DNA of 64,000 bases, from sequence record LC727695.1; one strand, written 5' to 3'. This document shows positions 22,045-34,200 of this stretch, one piece after another (within the stretch, counting starts at the first letter, position 1; every line of letters begins with the position of its first letter). Position numbers and translations under genes: made by a program. Under the pieces are notes generated by a model. It saw only the letters and a program-made list of their open reading frames with translations. It ran no database searches and had not been told where the DNA came from.

Positions 22045-23232
22045 TTAAATACCTTCATTCTCATAATGAGTAATGCAGTGACTAACAAATGTTAACCAGA
22101 CTTTAAGAGTTACTGCTAACCAATGGGTGTAGTTACCAACAGGTTCTGCTAATTTTCGGGATATCTCAGCGAGCATATTAATTGCCTCGCCATTTGCCCT
22201 TCCCAATAACTCACTACGTTCAGCTAGCTGTCGAATTGAATCATCTACAACTACCTTAACTGTTTTATATTCTACTTCGCCTTGTTTAGCACGTTCAGCG
22301 ATCGTTAAAATATTAGCAATACCAGTTACAATATCACTTAGCGTAGTTACAGAAGGTACTTCTATATCTCGTTCAGTGCTATCAATTGCATTGATTTGTA
22401 ACTCTGTAAATTCCATTGTAAATGTATTGCGAACCATTTCTAGTGCAGATTGTTTATTAGTAACTGATGTAGCTATATGGTCAGCATCAGTATAAACAAA
22501 TGCACGATTAGCTGGTAAAATATAACTTCTATGGGTACCAGTAGAAGTAGTCTCACCTTTCTTTAATGGCTCATCCCCTGGCGGCGCTTTAAAATCACGA
22601 CGCACTATATCGGCAAAAGATTGTAATAACTCATCAATGATTTCTGTAGTGGTATCTTCGCCTTGATTATCTAAGATATTCAATGCTTGTCTACTAATAT
22701 TTCGAGCAATATTAGAAGTCATTTTAGGATAAGTCATTAAAATATAATTAGTGACTTCTTTGATATCTAAAAGATTATCTGGTCGATCACCAATGAATTC
22801 ACCGTTAATAGATAATCGCTGTAAACCAGAAACAGTCAATCGAGTATTAGTAGTACGATTACCTAGTTTTGCAAGTCGCCTAGATAACTTTTGCTGTGTT
22901 TTACGCACATGTGAAATGCTGCCAGTAAACTTGACGTAGAATGCCGTAAGTGTTTCGATTACCATCCGCACAATATCGCGTGCAGCCTTAGCAGCTCGAA
23001 CTAATGCATCTTTTAAAGCACGTAGTGTAATTATACCGCCTTCTTTTATGGAGAAGGCGGGATCGATACTTTCTAAAGCAAATGACATCGCTTTAGACAG
23101 GTCTTCAGATGCTACGTCACGTCCATCTAGCAGATCTTGATAACGAGCTAATCGATGGCGATATGCTTCAACAGAAACAATAGCCTCTTTGAGTTCATTA
23201 TTGGTAATTAATAGTTCTGCATATGTGGACAT
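22045..23232 (-). CDS. Internal head (inner body/ejection) protein, gp163-like
   Basis: 395 aa; ALE processing site; LPANRAF motif paralogous to the neighbouring gene. Confidence 0.7.
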   Translation of the reverse strand: MSTYAELLITNNELKEAIVSVEAYRHRLARYQDLLDGRDVASEDLSKAMSFALESIDPAFSIKEGGIITLRALKDALVRAAKAARDIVRMVIETLTAFYVKFTGSISHVRKTQQKLSRRLAKLGNRTTNTRLTVSGLQRLSINGEFIGDRPDNLLDIKEVTNYILMTYPKMTSNIARNISRQALNILDNQGEDTTTEIIDELLQSFADIVRRDFKAPPGDEPLKKGETTSTGTHRSYILPANRAFVYTDADHIATSVTNKQSALEMVRNTFTMEFTELQINAIDSTERDIEVPSVTTLSDIVTGIANILTIAERAKQGEVEYKTVKVVVDDSIRQLAERSELLGRANGEAINMLAEISRKLAEPVGNYTHWLAVTLKVWLTFVSHCITHYENEGI

Positions 23233-23241
23233 TATGTTTAC

Positions 23242-24810
23242 CTATTCAGTTTCCTTGATTTCACTATCAACTAGTTTCTCAAGTACGGTGATCCAGATCA
23301 TCACACATTTAAACAGATCATTACTAGCTTCAGTGGTGCCAGTTAGATAAGCCTTACCAACATTGGTTGCTTCTTTATCAGTCATCTGTGCAATGATTTC
23401 AGCAGTTGACTCTTTAGAGATACCGCGAATATTATTTAGATGATTTAGGAGGTTATGAACTGCTTTTAGCTGAGCCATAACAACATTCTTATCAACTAAT
23501 AGTTCAACAGTAATTCCATAGTTGGGTTTACCCGGTGCATCAAGAATGGAGAAGTCTACCGCAGCTTTGTCTTTACCAAAGGTATAAACACGATTACCGG
23601 GCACAACCGGGCTAGCATATCGGACACCATTAGCATTAATTTTGGTAGCTGTTCCAAACATACCTTTAGCTAAAGCCAGTGCTTTATCATCAGTTGTTTT
23701 TCCAGCTAAGGCTGCTTTAAGAGCACGCAGTCCATTCTTTTCAATGCTGTCAAATAGATTACGGATTACAGTAACCCCCTGAACAGGGTCTACACCAACC
23801 CAACTCTCACCAGTGTCACCTAGAATCAGATCGCGTGGAATTGCGATAGTACGAACTTCATCGGGTAGTTCATTCTCTTTAACGCGTTTCATGATCTTAT
23901 TAACGCGTTCTATTTGATTACTGACATTCTGGCGAATACGTTGATAAGTTTCTACAACAATGCGAATTAGCTTCTTAATGAAATCTAATGCAACAGTAGA
24001 TACTTCTTTTGCTTTAGCTTGTAGATTATCTAATACTTCAATAGAAGCTTTAGGCCGAGTTAGCGGTGATATAAAGGATTCCATTGATGGCACAGTGTTA
24101 TTAAAATATTTATAGTCAAATGACTCTAGCGCGATGCTAATAGCTTTAGCTAGATCATGATCGACATCATGCCCGCGATGATGGCGGTTACTAACTAAAC
24201 CAATATAGTTTTCTAATGCAGTTTGAACAGATTCTACTTTAGTCAGTTCATTTACAATTGTAAACATTTCAACTGATAATGATTCTAGATGATCATCTAG
24301 TTCACCAGTGATGATATCTTCAGTAGTTTCCAGTAGTGCGGTGGCATCATAGCCATGGTCTAGCTGCTCAGTCTCATTGGCTTCCATAATAGAAATGTCT
24401 TCATTCGATGGGACATCTGCAATTTGGTGTGGTTTTTTGGTACTAACATTAAGATCTTTAGTATCACTTACTTTAGTGATCATTTCATCAGCTGTTTCAG
24501 TGATTTCGTTTTCAACACGATCACCTTTAGCTACTTGGAATTCTTTTAGCCCTTGACTAACATGAATCTTCTTATCATTGATCTTATCAGCAGTTCCATC
24601 AACATCTGGACCTTTGCATACGTCAATTGGGGTATTGGTAACGACATTGGTAACTTCATCACATGGATTTACTTTACCATCTTCATCATCTTTTAATTGT
24701 TCTGGTAATTCTTTACCAACATCAAGATTGACATTCTTATCTTCAGCATCAGAAACGCGCTCAAGACTTGCAAAGAAATCCATTGCGGGAACTGTTTTTT
24801 TCTTAGCCAT
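23242..24810 (-). CDS. Internal head (inner body/ejection) protein, gp162-like
   Basis: 522 aa; acidic propeptide with several S/A-x-E sites; VPGNRVY motif. Confidence 0.75.
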   Translation of the reverse strand: MAKKKTVPAMDFFASLERVSDAEDKNVNLDVGKELPEQLKDDEDGKVNPCDEVTNVVTNTPIDVCKGPDVDGTADKINDKKIHVSQGLKEFQVAKGDRVENEITETADEMITKVSDTKDLNVSTKKPHQIADVPSNEDISIMEANETEQLDHGYDATALLETTEDIITGELDDHLESLSVEMFTIVNELTKVESVQTALENYIGLVSNRHHRGHDVDHDLAKAISIALESFDYKYFNNTVPSMESFISPLTRPKASIEVLDNLQAKAKEVSTVALDFIKKLIRIVVETYQRIRQNVSNQIERVNKIMKRVKENELPDEVRTIAIPRDLILGDTGESWVGVDPVQGVTVIRNLFDSIEKNGLRALKAALAGKTTDDKALALAKGMFGTATKINANGVRYASPVVPGNRVYTFGKDKAAVDFSILDAPGKPNYGITVELLVDKNVVMAQLKAVHNLLNHLNNIRGISKESTAEIIAQMTDKEATNVGKAYLTGTTEASNDLFKCVMIWITVLEKLVDSEIKETE

Positions 24811-24845
24811 TTTAAAACTCCGGAGTATTAAAGTTCATAAGGTTG

Positions 24846-25505
<660 letters not shown>

Positions 25506-25579
25506 TCATTCAATTGAGCACTATAGTTACTTTAAGACGAAATAATAGCGGATCCACTTTAAAGCAGATCCGCTTTAAA

Positions 25580-26053
25580 TTAAAATGCTTGACCAGGACA
25601 AACCCAAATATAATCACCAGTTGTTTGGCCATTAGGTCTGACTAATATAAATCGTTGTCCAACCGTACCGCGCACAGAAGCATCTTCAAATGGAAAACCT
25701 CTAGGTATAACTAATTTACCATCTTTGTCTTGTGCCCAAAAACTTAATGAGTCCCTAGTCTCTTTGCCATTAATAGGATCTTTTTCATAGAAACTCAATA
25801 CGAAAGTAAATCCATTTGGCAATGATGTATTATATTTAATAACAGTGCCAATAAATGTAGGTGTTGTTGGTGATGATACATATCCATCTTCTTCTTTAAA
25901 GATAATGTTAGTATCAAAATAATCTTTAACATCTAACAGATTATAAATAACATCATCTCCATAAAGAGGGTGTTTCATTTTTAATGGATATTTATTTATT
26001 GTTGTGTAAAATGCACCAGGAATGAAATTATCACATTTTGATGTATCTGCCAT
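25580..26053 (-). CDS. Hypothetical protein, 157 aa
   Basis: AGGAG RBS. Confidence 0.75.
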   Translation of the reverse strand: MADTSKCDNFIPGAFYTTINKYPLKMKHPLYGDDVIYNLLDVKDYFDTNIIFKEEDGYVSSPTTPTFIGTVIKYNTSLPNGFTFVLSFYEKDPINGKETRDSLSFWAQDKDGKLVIPRGFPFEDASVRGTVGQRFILVRPNGQTTGDYIWVCPGQAF

Positions 26054-26056
26054 GAT

Positions 26057-26461
26057 TTACTCCTGTACATCCGTCATTACACGTCCTTCGATAGACCAGT
26101 ATAATTCATTTTCTAATGAATCATAAACCGTTCTATATTCACATGCCTCACCTTTGTTTAATTGACAGTCAACTTTGAATACACGGTTACCAACTAAACG
26201 ATTACCATAAGCACGAATCACCAATAATCCATTTGTCTTATTAGCAATAGTAAATACATATTTACCTTTTTTAGTATCATAGGCAGTAGCTGGTAAATTT
26301 ACTATAAATGGACTATCTGAATTATCATTATCAGTATAATTAGGATCTTCAACGATAATGTGCGCATTAAGATAAGTTGAGTCAATATCAAACTTACGTC
26401 CAGTTGCTTTAGACGTGTCAATTACTTTCATAGGTGGGTAGATATAACAGAATTCGCTCAT
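26057..26461 (-). CDS. Hypothetical beta-rich protein, 134 aa
   Basis: ATGA overlap with the upstream stop gives the start MSEFCY at 26461. Confidence 0.7.
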   Translation of the reverse strand: MSEFCYIYPPMKVIDTSKATGRKFDIDSTYLNAHIIVEDPNYTDNDNSDSPFIVNLPATAYDTKKGKYVFTIANKTNGLLVIRAYGNRLVGNRVFKVDCQLNKGEACEYRTVYDSLENELYWSIEGRVMTDVQE

Positions 26462-27408
26462 GATTGCATCCACCATGACAGACCAAGTGTATACATCGCT
26501 TTAGTTGTTTCATTATAACAGATAAATCGAGTATAGCCATTATTAGGTAAGAAACCAGTACTTGTATACATTGGCCTAATGATACTCTGTTGATAAGCAG
26601 TAGCTATATCAACATCTTCATTAGTTAAATTCAGTATTCGATATTCAGCACCAGCCTTAAGTTTCTCGCTATTGCCAGAAGGTAGTATAACACCTTTAGG
26701 TGACTCTGCTATTTGAGCACCATCTGGTTTAGGCATTAGTACCAATAGCCTACCTATAGCTTGATCATAAGGCGGACAAATCCAATTACCAAATTTACCT
26801 GTTTCATTATCAACTGTAATTGTAAATGGTACAAGCAATTGCGGGAATATCTGATAGCCATCTGTTGGTTCTGGATCAGGATCAGGATCTGGGTCCGGCG
26901 GATCAGGGTCAACATCACCACCTGAATGTAACCATAGATTTAACCATCCTCTCCACCATAGTGATGAATCAATAGCTTTAAATAAAAAGTTTGGTTGTTT
27001 CTTACCACCGGTATACGTTATATTAGATATTTCTAACCATATGTCACTAGCAGTAAAATTTAATTTAGCTTTATTAGCAACATACGCAACTAAAGCTTCG
27101 CTATTTTTTAATCCTTGAACAACCGTTACTTCCGATGCTGTCCAATATGGATTTTTAATATAATCATTAACATTAAAACGATTATAAAGAAAGTCGTAAT
27201 AAACAGCACTATTAGTTGCATCTTTTTGAATACGAACAAATGCCCTATTAGGCTCATCGATAGTTGCACTATCCATTACCATTACGATAATGGACTTATC
27301 TTCAGATAAACCTAAATCCGGATATGCTGTTGTAACTGCTTTGAAGAAACCTATTCGTGGATCTTGTCCACGCGGGTTATCCGCCAGATTAAGAGTGAAT
27401 CTACGCAT
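26458..27408 (-). CDS. Probable tail/baseplate protein with a DP-repeat linker (gp158-like)
   Basis: 316 aa; N-terminal domain of the Y-x-R-x paralogue family, then DPDPPDPDPDPDPEP, then a beta-sandwich-like C-terminal domain. Confidence 0.6.
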   Translation of the reverse strand: MRRFTLNLADNPRGQDPRIGFFKAVTTAYPDLGLSEDKSIIVMVMDSATIDEPNRAFVRIQKDATNSAVYYDFLYNRFNVNDYIKNPYWTASEVTVVQGLKNSEALVAYVANKAKLNFTASDIWLEISNITYTGGKKQPNFLFKAIDSSLWWRGWLNLWLHSGGDVDPDPPDPDPDPDPEPTDGYQIFPQLLVPFTITVDNETGKFGNWICPPYDQAIGRLLVLMPKPDGAQIAESPKGVILPSGNSEKLKAGAEYRILNLTNEDVDIATAYQQSIIRPMYTSTGFLPNNGYTRFICYNETTKAMYTLGLSWWMQS

Positions 27409-27431
27409 TGCGCCACCTTTAGATTAATATA

Positions 27432-27453
27432 AGAGAGGGCCTTTGCCCTCTCT
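27432..27453. terminator. GC hairpin
   Basis: agagagggc-cttt-gccctctct between co-directional genes. Confidence 0.65.
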
Positions 27454-27463
27454 CATTTATGCA

Positions 27464-28804
<1,341 letters not shown>

Positions 28805-28979
28805 TTAATCCTCATAATTAGAGCGCGATGGGTTTCCATCTATAAAATCAGTCTGTTCTAGTTGTGTTAAAATAAAAAGTCTGGTATTATGAGCTTTACG
28901 TAATACCCTTGTAACAGTCTATTGATAGAAATGCCAATACTGGCTTTTATGGGTAGGCATAGTACTAACAGAGGTCATC

Positions 28980-29270
28980 ATGCTCGGTTTGACTATTAAA
29001 GCCTTGCTCTTCGTTTGGCCATTCCTTAAGAGGGCTATCTTTGGTGATAGAACAATTAAGGAAGTGTTGCTGGAAAACAAACATGTCACGGCAATGTTAA
29101 TCCTAGTTGTAATATTACTAGGTACCTTATTCATAGTGACTAGTGAGTTGAAGTCAGTTAAAGCAAGCAACTGGGCCGTTAAAGCCGAAATGGATCGACT
29201 CAAGAAAATGACGCCTGAGAAGGCTGAAATGCTTGAGCGCCGCCGTCGTTTAAATGACTTGCTAAAGTAA
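28980..29270 (+). CDS. Membrane protein with a C-terminal coiled coil, 96 aa
   Basis: Transmembrane segment TAMLILVVILLGTLFIVTS; GAGG RBS. Confidence 0.7.
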   Translation: MLGLTIKALLFVWPFLKRAIFGDRTIKEVLLENKHVTAMLILVVILLGTLFIVTSELKSVKASNWAVKAEMDRLKKMTPEKAEMLERRRRLNDLLK

Positions 29271-29290
29271 GTACCAAATTGGTGGATCAC

Positions 29291-29692
29291 ATGTCAAGAA
29301 AGTTCTTTCTAATACTCCTACCACTTATCAGTGGCTGTGTTTATACGCCACATGAGTACCACACGCACAACACGACTGTGGTCCAATATGAGCACTCCTC
29401 TTCTACAGATGATCATACATCTGTTGTTACAACTAAAGAAGAGGTAATACAAAAAGTTCTGCCTACACCTAAAAAATATAGTAAGGATACTAGTAAGAAG
29501 TGTATGGTTTTCGAACTACCAAGAAAGAAACCGGTACCGCCAACACCGATTATTACAGAGTTTATAGAAACTCCGGAACAAATCGATATCTTGTTGACTG
29601 ACTATATAAAAGAATTAAAGTCACATATTGTATCTGAGCGCGCTAAAATTGAGCAAGCATATGAAGAATGGCGTGCAAAGTGTGATGAGTAA
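29291..29692 (+). CDS. Lipoprotein, o-spanin-like architecture, 133 aa
   Basis: Signal peptide II MSRKFFLILLPLISG-C; Pro-rich stretch; C-terminal helix ending KCDE. Confidence 0.7.
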   Translation: MSRKFFLILLPLISGCVYTPHEYHTHNTTVVQYEHSSSTDDHTSVVTTKEEVIQKVLPTPKKYSKDTSKKCMVFELPRKKPVPPTPIITEFIETPEQIDILLTDYIKELKSHIVSERAKIEQAYEEWRAKCDE

Positions 29693-29747
29693 TTTACTTG
29701 CTAGAATTATTATCTAGTTTAGTAATCGATCACATGAGGAAACAATA

Positions 29748-31196
29748 ATGTCAGACGGTATGGTTTTATACACTGACGGATCATTCCGACAGGGTAAAGC
29801 TGGTTGGGGTATTCATGGTTATACCTATGAAAATGTTGCAATGAAATCTAAAGCAGCCACCAAACAGCAACCAACAGCTAAGGGATACTTAGATGTAGGT
29901 GCAGATGAGACATGCACTGTTTTAAATTATATTGATGCATTTGGTAGTGTAACTAATAACCCTACTAATAATACAGGTGAGCTAACCGCTGCAATTGAGG
30001 CTTTCAAAATAGCTCATGAAGCAGATGCTCCTAGACTAACGATGCTCATGGATAGTGAATACGTTAGAAAAGGTATGACCGCATATTTACCCAAATGGAT
30101 TAAGTCTAATTGGATTAAATCAGACGGCACGCCGGTAGCAAACCAGGACCTATGGAAACAGATGGTCGAACTAAAAGCTAAATGGGAAGAAACTAATAAA
30201 CCATTAAGCATCCAATGGGTCCGTGGACATAACGGAGACATTGGTAATGAAAAAGCTGATGCTAACGCTAAGCTTGGTTCGGGACAGAATAATGATAAGC
30301 CAGTGATGGTTTCGGTTAAAGGCGAGGAAATTAACAAACTTAAAAAACAAGTTGTTAATCCACTTATCCTCGAAAGTAGGTTACTCTTCGCCATTAACTC
30401 TGGAGAAGAACCAGATGGGTTCTATTACACCTATAACTTAGGTCGTATGCATAACTATGGTCATAAACCAAAAGACACTGCTAAAGATAAATTAGCTAAA
30501 GCTGATTTAATTTTAGGGCGTCGTATCTCTGAAGCAACCTTCAGTGTATATAAGGCAAATGAACCAGATGAGTATCTCCAGTTACTAATTAATATGCATA
30601 CAGAAGCACTGGGTACTGAAAATCCAGAACTGGGTATCATCAATTTGGCAAACGCATATCGTGCAACCATTCGACAGAAAATTGAATCCATGGGGCTACC
30701 TGCTCTAGTCGTATGGAAAGATATCAATGTTTTGTCGACGCCAACAGATGAACTCATTAGTCGGACTCTTAATCCACCACGTATGGCAAATGATGCTGTA
30801 GCTACATTTAATGTTATGCGCAGTCGTCTTGAAGATTACTTGGCTGGTAAACTTGGAGAGTCGGTTGGTATTATTGATATTACCGAGCACTTCTTCGAGG
30901 AAGTCGCAAAGGGTAAGAAAGTTGGCTATCAACTACTTAAGACGATTACATCTAATACAGGCTTTGTAGAAGTTCCGATCACATTTAAAGATCGTAAGAT
31001 AAAATTAAAGCTTGTATTAAATATCGATATTCCAAGTAGAAACCAATTAGCTCGTATTGGAGCTAATAAAGTTAAAATGGAAATTCTTGTAGTAGCTGAA
31101 GGCCCATATTCTTATTCATATTCAATTGTGTTCGTGACGGATGATGGTTCAGCTATCTATCAATCACCCTATACACAATTTATTCTCCCAAAATAG
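29748..31196 (+). CDS. rnhA: Ribonuclease HI with a long C-terminal extension (gp155-like)
   Basis: YTDGS, NNTGEL, DSEYV, NQDLW and WVRGH..NEKAD motifs. Confidence 0.9.
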   Translation: MSDGMVLYTDGSFRQGKAGWGIHGYTYENVAMKSKAATKQQPTAKGYLDVGADETCTVLNYIDAFGSVTNNPTNNTGELTAAIEAFKIAHEADAPRLTMLMDSEYVRKGMTAYLPKWIKSNWIKSDGTPVANQDLWKQMVELKAKWEETNKPLSIQWVRGHNGDIGNEKADANAKLGSGQNNDKPVMVSVKGEEINKLKKQVVNPLILESRLLFAINSGEEPDGFYYTYNLGRMHNYGHKPKDTAKDKLAKADLILGRRISEATFSVYKANEPDEYLQLLINMHTEALGTENPELGIINLANAYRATIRQKIESMGLPALVVWKDINVLSTPTDELISRTLNPPRMANDAVATFNVMRSRLEDYLAGKLGESVGIIDITEHFFEEVAKGKKVGYQLLKTITSNTGFVEVPITFKDRKIKLKLVLNIDIPSRNQLARIGANKVKMEILVVAEGPYSYSYSIVFVTDDGSAIYQSPYTQFILPK

Positions 31197-31206
31197 TGGG
31201 TATTCC

Positions 31207-31626
31207 ATGAACCTTATTAGCAGATTCAAAAAGTCGGTTAAGAATGGTTTCAGGGCAATTTGGATTAAGCTCTGGGACTATGCTGATCCCGAACTAAAGC
31301 GGATGTGCGTCATGGCGTCACTGTACTCCGTTATAGTACAGTGTAAGACAAATGAGTGTGAAAAGATCTCTCATTTGAATTCTAACATGAAACTAGTACG
31401 CGATGAAGCTGCCTTACGACTCCCAATTCATTATGGGCCGTACGTATGGAAAGGCGTGATAGCAATCGATAAGATTGATAAAGCAGATCTAACCACTGAT
31501 CAATTTTTCATGAGGCTTATTCGTAAGACTCCGTGTTGGATGAAATATGCTGATGATGCAACTTTTTTAAAGGATTTGAAAACTCTCTTTAAATTAAGTT
31601 TACATGAGAAGTGTATTCCAAATTGA
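31207..31626 (+). CDS. Hypothetical protein, 139 aa
   Basis: Start MNLISRF at 31207, just after the RNase H stop. Confidence 0.65.
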   Translation: MNLISRFKKSVKNGFRAIWIKLWDYADPELKRMCVMASLYSVIVQCKTNECEKISHLNSNMKLVRDEAALRLPIHYGPYVWKGVIAIDKIDKADLTTDQFFMRLIRKTPCWMKYADDATFLKDLKTLFKLSLHEKCIPN

Positions 31627-31641
31627 TTGGTACGACATAAT

Positions 31642-31664
31642 GCCCTCTCCTTTTGGGAGAGGGC
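31642..31664. terminator. Conserved GC hairpin, bidirectional terminator
   Basis: gccctctcc-ttttg-ggagagggc. Confidence 0.8.
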
Positions 31665-31672
31665 TTATGCTG

Positions 31673-32587
31673 TTATCCAATGATTTCACGAAGAATATCT
31701 TCAGTGGCTTTCATTGTGTTCGCAGTCTCAACAATCTTAGTAAAGAGTGTTGAATAACGTTCAACATGGTCTGCTGCCCATGTAACCCCTTCAATTAATG
31801 TCTGTAATAGCTCTGGAGAGGTGTCAGAGTTACTATCCTTAACATCCTCCATAAAGCTATCAATTAATTGACTAAGCGCTTCTGAAGCACGTTTTACATC
31901 ATTTGGACGAACACGTGATAAAATGCTACGAATATCGTTCATTTTCTTTGTTGCATCAACAAATGAATTTAATGATGGGTAAAGCTTACCAAACTCAGCT
32001 GTACTTGACCGGTTGTCACTGTCATAGAAAGAAGCATCTTTAGCAAGATCATTGATCGATGCCATTGCAAATGAATTAGCAAAGCCACGCTTATCCATTC
32101 GATCAGCACGCTGTTGTAGATAATATCCAAGTTGTGCTTTAACCGGGTCTAATACCGCTGGAATAATAGTGGCCATTTCCTTAGCTTCTGTTAATAGATA
32201 ATCAACATAGTCTGGAATCTCACCATTAAAACCAACTGGTTGTGGCACGATTGTATTTGCTACTTCTAAATAATCAATGTGTGAAACTAAATGGCGCATC
32301 TGCGCTGGATGGAACTCAGGAATAATTTGATTACTCCAGTTAGTCATCGACGTAAATGCATTACGAGCAGCGATAGCAAAATTAGCACCGCGTTTATTGA
32401 TAATGTTAATAGCGTTTGTTGCGAAATTAGCTTCTTGAGAAATAGTCTCAGTAATATCTACAAGCTGTTGTTTTGGATCAACTTGTACTAAACTAATATC
32501 ATCATTAACAATATTGTCAGATTCAATTAGATCCTGACAATCATTTTCTAGTGAAATACTTTTAGCGTATTTATGGATGTTAAACAT
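31673..32587 (-). CDS. Virion head protein (gp153-like), 304 aa
   Basis: N-terminal SISLE processing-type site; helical. Confidence 0.7.
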   Translation of the reverse strand: MFNIHKYAKSISLENDCQDLIESDNIVNDDISLVQVDPKQQLVDITETISQEANFATNAINIINKRGANFAIAARNAFTSMTNWSNQIIPEFHPAQMRHLVSHIDYLEVANTIVPQPVGFNGEIPDYVDYLLTEAKEMATIIPAVLDPVKAQLGYYLQQRADRMDKRGFANSFAMASINDLAKDASFYDSDNRSSTAEFGKLYPSLNSFVDATKKMNDIRSILSRVRPNDVKRASEALSQLIDSFMEDVKDSNSDTSPELLQTLIEGVTWAADHVERYSTLFTKIVETANTMKATEDILREIIG

Positions 32588-32684
32588 GTCTTAATTTCCT
32601 TGCGCAAGGATTGTTGAATATGTAGACATAAAATTACTCTCCAAATCAATTAATTGACTGTTTAACTTAAAAAATGGAGTCAAC

Positions 32685-34124
32685 ATGTTTGGTAAACATT
32701 TCGAACGTCCAGCTTTCCGACCGGCTCTTAACATCGGATGCCTTATGGACATTTCAACTGGTAAGTATGAACAAGGTAAGCATGGTGAAATGATTCTAAA
32801 TGGTGGTATGGGATCACTAACTGGTATTGCTTCACGACCTAACAATTTTAAAACTGCATTAGGTATCTACCTCATGGCAATGATGCGCCGTGCTTTCCCC
32901 GGTGCACATGCAATGACTTACGATACAGAAGGTACATTAAACCCAGGTGCTCGATTTACATCTTTAGCACAAGCTTATCCTGAGCTAGCTGCTATCGATT
33001 GGGAAAATGATGAGCAATACATGTTTACTGACTTATCTCGTTATACTGGGGATGAGTGGTTCAAAATCTTCCGCGATGCATTATCTGAAAAAGAAAAGGC
33101 TGAAAAAGATTATCTACGTACTACCCCATTTCTTGATGTGAATGGTAATAATAAGAAAGCACTGTACCCAACTGGCGGGTTCATTGATAGTTTCTCAAAG
33201 TTCATTGTCTCAGCTGTGTCTGAAATGTATGCTAAAAATGCTATCGGTGATTCTAAAGTAAACACTGATGCAATGACTAATGGTAAAGCTAAGAATCAGT
33301 TATTTAACCAGCTACCGCAGATCTGTGCTAAAACCAGTACATACATGATTCTCACTGCACACGTTGGAGATATCATTCAAATTGAGATGTACCCTACTGA
33401 TAAACGTAATCTATCGCATATGAAGAAGGATACGGTTCTTAAAGGGGTGTCAGGTGGTTTCTACTCTCTACCGAATAATGTGTTTTCTATTGAATCTAAT
33501 AAACCGTTAGTCAATAAAGAAAAAATGCCTTTATATCCAATTGACAATTCAACTGCTATTGAAGGCGATACAGATCTACGTATTCTAGAAGTTATTAACT
33601 TACGTGGTAAAGGTGGAATTACTGGTCTACCATTCCATCTCATTGTTTCACAAACTGAAGGTATTCTTCCATCACTATCAGAATTCCATTATTGCCGTGA
33701 AAATGATTGGGGGATTGGTGGTAATAACATTAACTACTTCGTTGAGCTATGTCCTGATATCAAACTAAGTCGGACCACTGTTCGTAAGAAATTGATGGAT
33801 AACCCTGCTCTACAACGAGCTGTTGAAATCCAATCTGAAATGCTACAATTAATTCAATTCCAACGTTGGAATCTTGGAGATTATGTAGTAACGCCAGCTG
33901 AGCTATATGCTGATCTTAAAGTAATGGGTTATGATTGGGATATTATTCTTAATAATACTCGTGGCTATTGGATGTTCGAAGAAGACGAACAGTTTAGTGA
34001 TAAAAAATTCCTATCCACGTATGACCTACTACGTATGCGTAAAAGTGAATATAAACCATACTGGATGACTGACGAAGAAAAAGCTAAAATTGTACCTCTT
34101 GAACTAGCTAAAGCAAAAGCTTAA
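32685..34124 (+). CDS. uvsX: RecA/UvsX-like recombinase (gp152-like)
   Basis: Divergent P-loop GIASRPNNFKT, YDTEG, Walker B-like FIDSFS, MILTAHVG. Confidence 0.8.
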   Translation: MFGKHFERPAFRPALNIGCLMDISTGKYEQGKHGEMILNGGMGSLTGIASRPNNFKTALGIYLMAMMRRAFPGAHAMTYDTEGTLNPGARFTSLAQAYPELAAIDWENDEQYMFTDLSRYTGDEWFKIFRDALSEKEKAEKDYLRTTPFLDVNGNNKKALYPTGGFIDSFSKFIVSAVSEMYAKNAIGDSKVNTDAMTNGKAKNQLFNQLPQICAKTSTYMILTAHVGDIIQIEMYPTDKRNLSHMKKDTVLKGVSGGFYSLPNNVFSIESNKPLVNKEKMPLYPIDNSTAIEGDTDLRILEVINLRGKGGITGLPFHLIVSQTEGILPSLSEFHYCRENDWGIGGNNINYFVELCPDIKLSRTTVRKKLMDNPALQRAVEIQSEMLQLIQFQRWNLGDYVVTPAELYADLKVMGYDWDIILNNTRGYWMFEEDEQFSDKKFLSTYDLLRMRKSEYKPYWMTDEEKAKIVPLELAKAKA

Positions 34125-34200
34125 TGTTAGTATAGATGTTATCGCCAGTTTCAAAATAACTAGGGGTCAATAAGATCCCTAGTTATGTCAGGTTTGGTAT

